A DNA stretch of 59,151 bases from a virus (IMGVR_UViG_3300044999_000021:1-59151), one strand, 5' to 3'; shown: positions 17,651-26,484, counted from the first letter of the stretch. Made by a program: numbers and translations. Notes: generated by a model from the sequence alone, not told the origin.

Positions 17651-19279
17651 TTACGCCACACCCGCACCGAGGTAGTCTTCCGCCCGCGTGTCCGGCATGC
17701 GCTTCTTGAGCGCCCGGAACCCGGCGACCAGCTTCTCCTCGTCCAGGCCCTGCTTCTTGTAGTTTTCGGCGAAGCTGTGGTAGTGCTGCTTGACTCGGTT
17801 CTCTTCGTGGTCCGCAGCGGCAGAGCCGCTCTTGCCGTTCGCCAGCCGTTCGCTGAAGTGCAGCAGGTTCGGGCCGCTGGTGATGATCGCCTTGAGCTTG
17901 TCGAGGGCAGTCACCTGCTTGCCGTCGCTGAACTTGTGGACCTTGACTGCGTCCAGTTCCATCGCGACTTCGATCAGGCCGGCGTCGATCCACGCGGGGA
18001 GCAACTTGCCGGCCTTGACCTGCGATTCACAGAACACTTGGAAGCCGGCTTTCTTCTCGTCGGCGACTCGGTCGCCGCTGATCTTGTCGAGCGCGGCGAG
18101 TCGTTTTTCGAGCGCCTCGGCCCAGGCGTTCATGGCAACGATCTGTTGTTCGCTGTACTTGACCATGTGTGTGACACTCGTGGGCTGGGCCATGTTTTGC
18201 TGTGACACCGCCGGATTGCTCGGGGCCAGCCCGGTCGCAGTAGGCGCGACTGGGACGGCCGAAGTGTTGTCCGCGTAAGTGTGCTTGCTCGGGTGGTAGT
18301 CGCCTTCCGGGTCCTTGGCGTTGATCGCTGCGAGTTGCCCGGCTTGGTTCTTGCCCCGTAGTTCGTTCGACCCGTCCATTTGGGTTGAGGCGGGTTCGGC
18401 CGGAGTGTCGGGAGCCTGGCTGCTCAACACCCGCAGCATCTCGGCCAATTCATCGTCGTCCATGCCCTCGGTCACCGAAGGATCAACGCCGTAGTCGCTG
18501 AGCATTTCGAGCATGTCGGCCCGGCTGATCCCCTCAGGAGCGCCCGCCGCGTCCTCGGGCGCGTCGGCAAACTTCTTCATGCCGCCCTGAGTTTTGGGTG
18601 TGCAGTCGGCGAATTTCTTGTACTTCTTGGCCATCGTTGCACACTCCGAAAACCGGATGACTCGCGTGTGTTCCAGCGGCCGGACTGTCACGCCCCGAAA
18701 CCGCAACGGCCGTCGGGCGACATTGACCACTCCGGCCGACTCGCCGAAGTGCTGAACCTCGGGGTCCGGCATCTCGCCGAGATTCTTGATCTGCGGCAAC
18801 TCCCCGCCCAGCAGGGCCACCCGCCGCAAGACCGGCCCCTTGGCCTTCTCCAACCCGTCCGGCGGCTCGTCGTAAATCTCGGCCGACCGATCGACGTAAT
18901 GCTTTCCAGCTATCAGGGCTGCCAACCAGCCGGGCACGTTGGTGGCATCCACGGTCAGGTAAGTGACCGGCTGCCCTGTCTCGTCCTTGGCCTCTTCGGT
19001 TCGGACGTTCTCGATCGATCCGAAGGACGGCTCGCCGCTGTTCTGTGTCCCGGTCGCCGGCAACCCGTCGGCATAGGTCTGCTTCTCTTCGTGGCCGATC
19101 ACCAGCGGCGGCCGGACTAGGTCCTTGAACTCGCCGTGATTCCTGGCCATGTCCACAAGGTCTTGGCGCGTCCACTGGACGCCGCGCGCTTTGCCAGCGG
19201 CAAAGACGCGCAGGCCGTTGAGCCGGTAGAGCTTCGCTGTGAGCTTTTGGGGTTTCGGTGGTGGCTGAGTCGCGACAAT
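17651..19279 (-). CDS. Prohead protease/scaffold (Mu I-like), ~542 aa; start probably non-canonical ATT
   Basis: VFAAG..WTRQDLVDMARN, PPLVIGH, YVDRSAEIY, LRRVALLGGELPQIKNL; conserved N-terminus lies upstream of the first GTG/ATG. Confidence 0.8.
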   Translation of the reverse strand: MVATQPPPKPQKLTAKLYRLNGLRVFAAGKARGVQWTRQDLVDMARNHGEFKDLVRPPLVIGHEEKQTYADGLPATGTQNSGEPSFGSIENVRTEEAKDETGQPVTYLTVDATNVPGWLAALIAGKHYVDRSAEIYDEPPDGLEKAKGPVLRRVALLGGELPQIKNLGEMPDPEVQHFGESAGVVNVARRPLRFRGVTVRPLEHTRVIRFSECATMAKKYKKFADCTPKTQGGMKKFADAPEDAAGAPEGISRADMLEMLSDYGVDPSVTEGMDDDELAEMLRVLSSQAPDTPAEPASTQMDGSNELRGKNQAGQLAAINAKDPEGDYHPSKHTYADNTSAVPVAPTATGLAPSNPAVSQQNMAQPTSVTHMVKYSEQQIVAMNAWAEALEKRLAALDKISGDRVADEKKAGFQVFCESQVKAGKLLPAWIDAGLIEVAMELDAVKVHKFSDGKQVTALDKLKAIITSGPNLLHFSERLANGKSGSAAADHEENRVKQHYHSFAENYKKQGLDEEKLVAGFRALKKRMPDTRAEDYLGAGVA

Positions 19280-19280
19280 T

Positions 19281-19315
19281 AAAAACGCCCCGGCAGCTAT
19301 GAAGCTGCGCGGGGC
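19281..19315 (-). terminator. Terminator-like hairpin abutting the protease start
   Basis: GCCCCGCGCAGCT-TCAT-AGCTGCCGGGGC then GTTTTT. Confidence 0.55.
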
Positions 19316-19437
19316 ATCAAGTCGCGCGAGTGACCGGACCGGTCTGCCGATGTTCTATGCGGCTAGTCTGATAGTTTTGACATGCGGGCGAAAGGGATGC
19401 GCTGACGCTAATTGCGAGCGGGGAGGGGTTTCGGTGC

Positions 19438-19461
19438 GGAGTTGGCCGAGTTTGCGGGGTT
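19438..19461 (-). promoter_or_regulatory. Late regulatory box A, copy 1
   Basis: 24-bp exact repeat AACCCCGCAAACTCGGCCAACTCC shared with 24462-24485. Confidence 0.65.
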
Positions 19462-19506
19462 AGGAGTTGCCGCGTTGCCAGACTGGTGGCCCGTCGTGGC
19501 GTGGGA

Positions 19507-19611
19507 TCATCTCCCAAGGGCCGTCGTCAAGTGGTCGATTCGCGATTGTGCCGGCAGGTTGTCGGCCGGGGCGGCGATGATGGCTTGCAGGAAGGCGGCA
19601 CGGTCGGTCAT
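19507..19611 (-). pseudogene. Truncated TIGR02996-type N-terminal remnant, 34 aa
   Basis: MTDRAAFLQAIIAAPADNLP matches the family start but lacks the expected RLVYADWL continuation. Confidence 0.6.
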
Positions 19612-19632
19612 GCCCTGAATTGTATCAGCCAC

Positions 19633-19830
19633 CTACCCTGGTTTCGAGTGGCTCGGCCGCCATATCGTCTCCGTCTGGCAGTGCGCGCAGGTGATGAGCA
19701 TTCGCCGCTCCACGATCGCGTTTCCGAGACGCAGCTTGCCCGGGCTGAGATAGAGGCCCAGCGGGCGGTTGCAGGCCGGGCATTGCAACACGGGGACTTC
19801 GGGCGGCGGGGTGAGGTTGGCAGGGGTCAT
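19633..19830 (-). CDS. Com-like zinc-finger regulator, 65 aa
   Basis: LQCPACNRPL...ITCAHCQTE spacing typical of the Mu Com family. Confidence 0.6.
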   Translation of the reverse strand: MTPANLTPPPEVPVLQCPACNRPLGLYLSPGKLRLGNAIVERRMLITCAHCQTETIWRPSHSKPG

Positions 19831-20048
19831 TCGCGGATCATGCTCCCGACGAATGTGGCTGCCACACCCATAACCGCTGCTACGATCGAGTTTGTCAGTT
19901 CGGGCCAAAACTCCAACCACAAGCGAACGTCGGTCATGTCGGGATGGCGAAGCTTGAGAATGCCGATATTGATTCCGGCCAAGAACACGAGAGCGAATCC
20001 GGCATAGGAAACGGTGTAACCGAGCGTCTGTCGGCGATGGTCGGTCAT
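19827..20048 (-). CDS. Small two-TM membrane protein, 73 aa
   Basis: Two hydrophobic stretches; ATGA overlaps both sides. Confidence 0.6.
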   Translation of the reverse strand: MTDHRRQTLGYTVSYAGFALVFLAGINIGILKLRHPDMTDVRLWLEFWPELTNSIVAAVMGVAATFVGSMIRE

Positions 20049-22486
20049 GTCTCTCCCCCTGGCATCCGCCGCGGCGGAGCGTCGAAGATGGTCATGCCGC
20101 CTTCGTCGCCGAACGTGCTGACCTTCTCGCCCTTGGCTTGAAGCTCGGCCCACTCAAAATCCGCGATCGGAGCGGAAGTGCAGCGATCGTTATAGCCGTC
20201 GAATTTTCCCTTTACGGAATCCCGGACTTCGGCAAATGTCACCGAGGACGGGTAGTATTTGTTGAAGTGGACCGCATGGCTGGCGCGTTCCCGTCCATCG
20301 CTGATGCCGAGATACTTCCAGACTGGGAATAACTCCCGCATACCCTTTGTGGCCAACTCGCGGGAGGTGCCGGAGTTGTAGGAGTCCATCATGTTCGTGC
20401 GGAACACCATTTCGCTGTACTGCGGGTTGCCTTCGCTCACTCCCGCATTGTCGAGTATTTTCGCGATCGTCCTCGGACCGCGAGCCACTTCCCCCGACTC
20501 CAGCGCCTCGCTGATCGCGTTCTGCACCCGAGTCAACAACTCCTCATCCGTCCCCTTGGCCAGCGTGAAGGCCGCCCGCTCGTGCAGCGTCCCGAAACGG
20601 TCCGCCTGGACGCCCAGACGGGGGAACAGCCGGCGGAAGTAATCCAGGGCCTTGCGCGGCGAGAGCGGCTGAATCGGCGTCGTGTCATCGAATGCGGAGA
20701 ACGGCGTCGGGTCCTCGGCGAACATCTTCACGCCCGACCTGACCTTGTCGGCTCGTTCCTGAATCCGCGACCGGCCCAATAGGTCGGCTGTGGAATTGCA
20801 GGCCGCGAGCGCATCGGCCAGTCCTAGCCGTTCGTCGGCGGTGAACAGCGTCTTGACCTTCAACGGATGCGGTGACTTGAGCAGCCGCTTGACCGCATCC
20901 CGGGCGATCTCGCCGAGTGCCCGCGTTCCGAGGCGGACACTGTTGGCGAGCAACTTCGCTGCGGCGGCCCCGTCATGTCCGGCTAAGGCCACGTCGCCAC
21001 GGGTAGCCGGCGTCACGCCGGCCCCGGCTTTTGGGTCCGGTGGCTCCGCGTAGTCGTCCGCGTCGTCAAACTGCGACTCCTCATCCGTCTCCCCGAGGTT
21101 CGGCCGCGTCTCGTGATCGTCGTCGGCCTGGCTGCCGGCCGGGGGAATCATCCCGTTTCCGTTGCTGTGGCCGTTGGTGCTGAACAGGCCGTCGAGTGGC
21201 GAACCGCCCCCGCCGGCACTGGTAGCCGCCGGCTCCGGCTTGAGCGTGTCCGTCTGGTCCTCCGGCCGCTGGCGTCGGTATCGCCCGTAGGTGGCCTTCC
21301 TGCTCAGCGGCAGGCCCATTTGCAGTAGGCCCGCGTCGATCTCCAGGCTCGCCTTCAACTCCGTGTCGTTGATTCCCCCGATGGTCACCAGCGGGTAGCC
21401 GGCCCCGACCATGTTCAAGTCAACCAAGTCCGGCACCAGTTGCTCGTTGATCGCCCCTTCCAGCAGCGAGCAGGTGTACCACACCGGCAGTTCGCTCTGA
21501 TCCCGGTGGACCTGAGTTGCCGCACGAGCGCCAGTGACGTTGCCTTCCAGGCTTTGCAGCGTGGCGAAGCTGATGCCCAGCGTGACCTCATGCATTAGGT
21601 CCTTGATCGTGGCCGAGTAGTCGGACGTGCCGAGATTGGCGATCGACATGGCCTCGATCTGGGCGCTCTCGGGAATGCTGATCCAAGTCCCTTGCTTGAC
21701 CTGCGACAAGGCGGCGTCGAGCGGAGGCTTGTCGGTCGCCGCATCGCCATACTTCCCCACAAGAAACGGGCTGCCCCACTTCTCCAGGCCGATCATCCGC
21801 AGTTTTTCCGCCGTGTCGATCATCCAGTAGGCCCGATACGCGGCCCGCAAATCGCTGGTGCCGACGCTCGCCCCATAGAGCGGCATGTGCTGGATGTAAA
21901 CGAAATTGCTGATCGGAAAGAACTCGTTTGCCAGCAAGATCGCCGTAATGCCGCCGAGGTTCCGGTACTGGTCCTCCATCAGCCGGTAGATGTCAGGGTC
22001 CTTGGCCTTCAACGCTGCGAGTCCGACGTTGCTGCGGTATTCGCCGTGTTCGGTGTAGCCCCAGACCTTTTCGGCGATGCTGAAGCCTTCCAGGCAAGCC
22101 GGGAAGACGGTGTTCTCCACAAGGCCCCTGAGTCCGCCGCAGGAGTGCAGCAGCGCCCACCGGACCCAGCCGGCTACCTTCTTAGCTCGCGGTCCATCCC
22201 CGTCGGGCTGCACGTCCAGGTCGAGCGATGCGACGTTCCACAGTTTCGAGAACAGCGCCGATTTAACCGTGCTGTCGCGGAGCATCCACCGATAAGACTT
22301 GCGGATCAACTCCGTCTCTTGGGTGTAGGAGTCCAAGTAGGGCAGGAACCAGAATTGGCCGGCGACGCCGTGGAGGGACGCCTTGACCTTCTCGCGGCCG
22401 AGCATCCATGCTGGTCGGCGGTCGCGGCTCAGCTTGTTGCCGATCCACGGTGCGCCTTTGTCACGGAGCCATTGGAGGACGCCCAC
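20045..22486 (-). CDS. Portal protein (DUF935/Mu gp29-like) fused to minor head morphogenesis domain (Mu F/SPP1 gp7-like), 813 aa
   Basis: Portal motifs (GFSIAEKVW, EKWGSPFLVGKY, AATQVH, INEQLV); C-terminal VFRTNMMDSYNSG, DGRERASH, YNDRCT. Confidence 0.85.
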   Translation of the reverse strand: MGVLQWLRDKGAPWIGNKLSRDRRPAWMLGREKVKASLHGVAGQFWFLPYLDSYTQETELIRKSYRWMLRDSTVKSALFSKLWNVASLDLDVQPDGDGPRAKKVAGWVRWALLHSCGGLRGLVENTVFPACLEGFSIAEKVWGYTEHGEYRSNVGLAALKAKDPDIYRLMEDQYRNLGGITAILLANEFFPISNFVYIQHMPLYGASVGTSDLRAAYRAYWMIDTAEKLRMIGLEKWGSPFLVGKYGDAATDKPPLDAALSQVKQGTWISIPESAQIEAMSIANLGTSDYSATIKDLMHEVTLGISFATLQSLEGNVTGARAATQVHRDQSELPVWYTCSLLEGAINEQLVPDLVDLNMVGAGYPLVTIGGINDTELKASLEIDAGLLQMGLPLSRKATYGRYRRQRPEDQTDTLKPEPAATSAGGGGSPLDGLFSTNGHSNGNGMIPPAGSQADDDHETRPNLGETDEESQFDDADDYAEPPDPKAGAGVTPATRGDVALAGHDGAAAAKLLANSVRLGTRALGEIARDAVKRLLKSPHPLKVKTLFTADERLGLADALAACNSTADLLGRSRIQERADKVRSGVKMFAEDPTPFSAFDDTTPIQPLSPRKALDYFRRLFPRLGVQADRFGTLHERAAFTLAKGTDEELLTRVQNAISEALESGEVARGPRTIAKILDNAGVSEGNPQYSEMVFRTNMMDSYNSGTSRELATKGMRELFPVWKYLGISDGRERASHAVHFNKYYPSSVTFAEVRDSVKGKFDGYNDRCTSAPIADFEWAELQAKGEKVSTFGDEGGMTIFDAPPRRMPGGET

Positions 22487-22497
22487 AAATCACCCTC

Positions 22498-23133
22498 TCA
22501 GAACTGCGGGAAGGACATTGCCGGGGCTGCCGTAAACGCCTTCGACCAATCGCTCACATTGCTCCGCTCGCCGAACCAGCAGGCCATCGCGACAGCCAAC
22601 ACCAAGTCGTCGTGAAGCCCCTCGCGCCAGACGCCGAACGTCTCGTTGGCTGACGCGGTGATCTTCACCCGGAAGTTCGTCAGTTCCTTGCGGAGAATCG
22701 CCGCGTCGGGCAACTTCGGCGCGACGATCAGCCGGCGAGTCTGGAGCAACGCCTGGAGAACGCCGACCAGTTCCTTTTTCGGCACCTTCCAACCGTCCGC
22801 ATCTTGCGTGGCCATTGACCCGGCGGTGATCGTCACCGGCTTGAGCCTCGCCTTGAGACTCCGGCTGCGGAAGATGTCCACCACTGCCCGGCCGACGCCC
22901 GTTTGATCGACGGCCAGCGGCCAGCCCGGAAGCTTGGCAGCCAAGGCTTCGTCCACCTCCCGGACGATGTCCGGGTAACTCGTGCCGAGTGGCCATCGCT
23001 TCAGGTGACGTACCGCGTGCTGCCATACGGACGATCCCGGGCGGAACGGATGCGGAACCCGTGTCAACTCGACAACGGCGAATGCTGTCAAGTCGCTCGC
23101 CTGCCCCAAGTCCAATCCGCTGACGAACGGCAC
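22498..23133 (-). CDS. terL: Terminase large subunit, nuclease half, 211 aa
   Basis: GLDLGQASDLTA, AVDQTGVG, HDDLVLAVAMA RNase H-like motifs. Confidence 0.85.
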   Translation of the reverse strand: MPFVSGLDLGQASDLTAFAVVELTRVPHPFRPGSSVWQHAVRHLKRWPLGTSYPDIVREVDEALAAKLPGWPLAVDQTGVGRAVVDIFRSRSLKARLKPVTITAGSMATQDADGWKVPKKELVGVLQALLQTRRLIVAPKLPDAAILRKELTNFRVKITASANETFGVWREGLHDDLVLAVAMACWFGERSNVSDWSKAFTAAPAMSFPQF

Positions 23134-23951
23134 TCGCCCGGCCCTCGAAACAGCGGCTCGACCTCATCCACGAACATCGCCGCAATGTCCGACCCGGAGA
23201 ACACGGCACCTTCAGCGTCCTCGAATGAGCAGAAATACTCTTGCAGATACCACCGCTCACCCATCGCCAGCCGCTCTTCGGCAAGGAACTCCGGTGTGAT
23301 GCGGGAACACTGGTCGGCCTTCACTTCCCACCGTCGCCAGTGCTGATCCGGGGAAGACCACGCCTCCCAGAACCAACCGCGTTTACCGAAGGGCGTTGTC
23401 AGTGCCAGCAGTTCACCGCCGCTCACTGCGAGCATCGGCCGGACGGCCTTGTACAGCCCGTCCGATATGCGAGAGGCTTCGTCCAGGATCAGCAACCGGA
23501 CTCCCGCGTAGGTCCGGATACCCTCTTCGTTGTCCGGCAGGCTGATGATCCGGCTGCCGTTCGCCAACTCCAGGTCGTGCATCGTCTCCTTGACGATGCG
23601 GACTTTTCGATCCAGTTGCCGGTACAGCCGGACGACTTTATCCCGGAAGAACTCGCCCGATTGCCGCAACGTCGGCGACAGAATCAAGGTGAGCGAATCC
23701 GGCTCCTCCAAGGCAATCTTGACCGCGTTCGCTCCGGCCGCGAACGACTTGCCCGCCTGCCGACTGCACAACACCAGCTTGCGGGCCACATCCTCAGTGA
23801 ATACTTCCGACTGCCACGGGTCGGGATGAATCGCCGCCCGGACCAGCAGAGAGTCGAAACTATCCGGCGGCGTCCGGCGGCGAAGTTGCTGTTCCTTCAA
23901 GAGCAGCAATCTTTGCCTCAGTTTCCTCGATTCGGCGATTGAGCTCGGCAT
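23088..23951 (-). CDS. terL: Terminase large subunit, ATPase half, 287 aa
   Basis: PDPWQ, CSRQAGKS (Walker A), LLILDEAS (Walker B), TTPFGKRGWF, YLQEYFCSF. Confidence 0.9.
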   Translation of the reverse strand: MPSSIAESRKLRQRLLLLKEQQLRRRTPPDSFDSLLVRAAIHPDPWQSEVFTEDVARKLVLCSRQAGKSFAAGANAVKIALEEPDSLTLILSPTLRQSGEFFRDKVVRLYRQLDRKVRIVKETMHDLELANGSRIISLPDNEEGIRTYAGVRLLILDEASRISDGLYKAVRPMLAVSGGELLALTTPFGKRGWFWEAWSSPDQHWRRWEVKADQCSRITPEFLAEERLAMGERWYLQEYFCSFEDAEGAVFSGSDIAAMFVDEVEPLFRGPGECRSSADWTWGRRAT

Positions 23952-24378
23952 CGGTCAGGCTGTCAATCTCAAGGTCGATCTTGCCCGCATGTTCAACCTT
24001 CACGTTGTCGCGGAACTTTTCCGGCCGATGCGCCTTCAGCAGGAAGATCAACAGCGTGTCGCTATAGTCCTGAACCTCTCCGACACGGGCTCCGCCCTGA
24101 AACACCGGCCGCACAACTCCCTCTTTCGCCCGCCGCCGGGCTTCTAGCTCAAGGTCGTCGCAAGCGTCGTCAATCGCGGCGGCCATAGCCGCGGCGAACA
24201 TTACATCGTTGTCACGGCGGAGATAGACGGTTGACCGGCTGACCTTGGCGGCCTTGCACGCGGCGTAGATGTTCGCCGACTCGGCGAGACTGATGAGGAA
24301 ACGGGGACCCCAATCAGGCGAAGTCCGTTTTTGCGGCTTCCCTTTTTTAGGTGTCCGATTTGTCCGGTTGTTTGCCAC
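23860..24378 (-). CDS. terS: Terminase small subunit, 172 aa
   Basis: N-terminal HTH, LELEARRRAKEG, YSDTLLIFLLKAHRPEKFRD; directly upstream of terL. Confidence 0.8.
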   Translation of the reverse strand: MANNRTNRTPKKGKPQKRTSPDWGPRFLISLAESANIYAACKAAKVSRSTVYLRRDNDVMFAAAMAAAIDDACDDLELEARRRAKEGVVRPVFQGGARVGEVQDYSDTLLIFLLKAHRPEKFRDNVKVEHAGKIDLEIDSLTDAELNRRIEETEAKIAALEGTATSPPDAAG

Positions 24379-24461
24379 ACTGACGTTTACGCTACCGGAC
24401 CGGTCCTATCGGGCAGCGCACGAACAGGCACGGCCGGCCCCTTATGTCCGGGGTCGGCCGT

Positions 24462-24485
24462 GGAGTTGGCCGAGTTTGCGGGGTT
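24462..24485 (-). promoter_or_regulatory. Late regulatory box A, copy 2
   Basis: Exact repeat of 19438-19461, upstream of terS. Confidence 0.65.
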
Positions 24486-24541
24486 GTGTTGCTACTTGCC
24501 TTCGATTACCTTAGCCAGACGCTCCAGTGCCAACGGCTGCG

Positions 24542-25285
24542 TCAGGCCGGCATCAAAGCGGCGGCGATCCATTCGCTGACCATGTCCAATCCGCGGCGGA
24601 AATGCGGGTCCTCTTCCGGGATGCGTTCCAGGCAGTTGATCGCCTGGACGGCATGGACGACCCCCACCGGGCGCGGCGTGGTCTTCTTCGGGTCCGGAGG
24701 TTCGCTTTCGAGCGGCAGGCCGGCAGCATAGGCCCGCTGGTCATCTGCCGTGTGCGACGTGAGCAAGGCCGCCGTGCTGACGGCCATGCGTCCTTGATCG
24801 ACTGCCTGAACGACCTCGGGGACCGCTTCGGCAATGACCTTATTCGCCAGGTCGATCATCTTGCCGCTGACTCCGACGGCGGCCCCGGCGGCGTCACGTG
24901 CCTTCCCGGCGTCCTGTGGTGGTAAATTTGCCACCACAGAATTCAACGGCTTTCGCTTCTGCCGCTCTTTCGCTTGTTTCTTGAACAACTCTGCGGCACG
25001 CGCCCCGACCATCGCCCACTGTGATGTCGTCAAATGCCGGCGATGCAGATTCAGGGAGAGGACGTAAGCGACCGGGTCATCCACTTTCACGGCTTTGAAT
25101 CGCGGCTCGACTCCGGCTTTGATGCACGCGAGCAACCGTCGGCGGCCGTCGAGCACTTTGCTGTCGAGCAATTCGATCGGCACGAGCAGCCCATGCTTTT
25201 TCACATCGGCGGCCAGTTCGTCAATGCGTCCCTCATCAAGAGGGAAAATACCCGCCGCTTCGTGGATCGGCATTTCCTTGGCCAT
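24542..25285 (-). CDS. ParB-like N-terminal domain protein, 247 aa
   Basis: HGLLVPI, VLDGRRRLLAC, SLNLHRRHLT. Confidence 0.8.
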   Translation of the reverse strand: MAKEMPIHEAAGIFPLDEGRIDELAADVKKHGLLVPIELLDSKVLDGRRRLLACIKAGVEPRFKAVKVDDPVAYVLSLNLHRRHLTTSQWAMVGARAAELFKKQAKERQKRKPLNSVVANLPPQDAGKARDAAGAAVGVSGKMIDLANKVIAEAVPEVVQAVDQGRMAVSTAALLTSHTADDQRAYAAGLPLESEPPDPKKTTPRPVGVVHAVQAINCLERIPEEDPHFRRGLDMVSEWIAAALMPA

Positions 25286-25293
25286 TCATGCCC

Positions 25294-25911
25294 CTAGCCG
25301 GCCAAGATCGCCGAAAGTGCAGACAGGTCCAATGGCCGCGGCATCACGATTTGACAGCCGGACGCCTTCCAAGGTCCTATCGAGGCGTCATCCTCAGTCG
25401 GCACAACAACGATCCGACGAACACCTTGGACCCGCCGAAGTTGCTCTGCCACGCCGAGCGTCTCCGTGCGCCCGATCGCGTTGGCGTCGAGCATGGCGGC
25501 GTCATTCGGACCGAGAGCGGCCCCGAAGTAACCCGCTTGCGCTGCGCTGTCCGCGAACCGTAGGGCAACTTCGGGTATGGCGACCGCAAGGCTGTTTCTT
25601 TCATCCTCAGAGAGCCCGGCGACCAGAGCAGCGACCGGGGGGCCGCATGTCAACTCGGCGGGCACACGCGATCCGTTCGACCGGCAGAACGCCACCACGG
25701 CTGACGACGGAATGCGGCGTTGTTGAATACCTTCGCCTGACGGAGGGAGCCGGAACGCTCCGGGGAGGCCGCCTTGATCCACGGTCCGGGCGATGTATCG
25801 AGCGCTGACGCCCAGCAATTCGGCGACTTGTTCGACCGTGAGTGTTCGCGGAAGCCGGCCAGACCTGGAGCGGACGGTCACAGACGCACCTCCTTGGCTC
25901 GTTGCAATCAT
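25294..25911 (-). CDS. HTH (excisionase/MerR-like) + degenerate receiver-like domain regulator, 205 aa
   Basis: LTVEQVAELLGVSARYIARTVDQGGL..RRIP; C-terminal alpha/beta pattern (GPNDAAMLD, MPRPLD). Confidence 0.6.
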   Translation of the reverse strand: MIATSQGGASVTVRSRSGRLPRTLTVEQVAELLGVSARYIARTVDQGGLPGAFRLPPSGEGIQQRRIPSSAVVAFCRSNGSRVPAELTCGPPVAALVAGLSEDERNSLAVAIPEVALRFADSAAQAGYFGAALGPNDAAMLDANAIGRTETLGVAEQLRRVQGVRRIVVVPTEDDASIGPWKASGCQIVMPRPLDLSALSAILAG

Positions 25912-26189
25912 CGTATCACCCTATTTCGCTGATTTCTCGACGGAAAGGGAACTGGGTGCGTGATCGCTGCCGAGTCCGATGAGGTCCATGAAGCAATGTT
26001 GCTGCATTAGGGCCGACGAGTAATTGTCGCCCGGCGCTCCGATCAGGTGATGGGGAACGGCGTAATCGAGCGCTAACAGCCGGCACGATTGAGGACCGTC
26101 AATGCGGATGATGGGATCAGCCATACCGTCGAATCTTACCGACCCCACGGGGGAAGGGCAATCACGGATCAGAACTTCTGCTCAGACAC

Positions 26190-26218
26190 TGGACGCATTC
26201 TAGGCGATGCGTTAGGAT
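26190..26218 (+). promoter_or_regulatory. Sigma70-like promoter overlapping operator ATTCTA-N10-TAGGAT
   Basis: TGGACG-17bp-TAGGAT; predicted +1 falls on ATG 26225. Confidence 0.55.
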
Positions 26219-26224
26219 ATGTCG

Positions 26225-26407
26225 ATGTCGCGCACTCCAAAGCTACTGACCACCACAGAAGCCGGCCTCAAGGTCGGCGTCTCTCCGTCCCGTATCCGGC
26301 AGTTCATCGCCGACGGGCGGCTCACGGCGGTCAAGCTCGGCCGGGACAATTTCATCGATTCCGCCCAATTAGGCCGACTTGTCCGGCGGAAATACGTCAA
26401 AAAATAG
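26225..26407 (+). CDS. Small HTH DNA-binding protein (Xis/Cro-like), 60 aa, probably leaderless
   Basis: LLTTTEAGLKVGVSPSRIRQFIADGRLTAVKLGR; no RBS. Confidence 0.8.
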   Translation: MSRTPKLLTTTEAGLKVGVSPSRIRQFIADGRLTAVKLGRDNFIDSAQLGRLVRRKYVKK

Positions 26408-26454
26408 GCCGAAAGGCGGCCCAAAAGAAATCTCGATAAAATGGAAAACTGACC

Positions 26455-26484
26455 TTGCATATCCTAACGCATAGAGTAGGATAT
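26455..26484 (+). promoter_or_regulatory. Early promoter with operator ATATCCTA-N10-TAGGATAT
   Basis: TTGCAT-16bp-TAGGAT; 26459-26472 is the exact reverse complement of 26207-26220. Confidence 0.6.

Noticed and set aside
13146-22486. Transposable Mu-like phage
   Set aside because: Head genes are Mu-like, but there is no DDE transposase or MuB; a tyrosine integrase with tRNA attP is present
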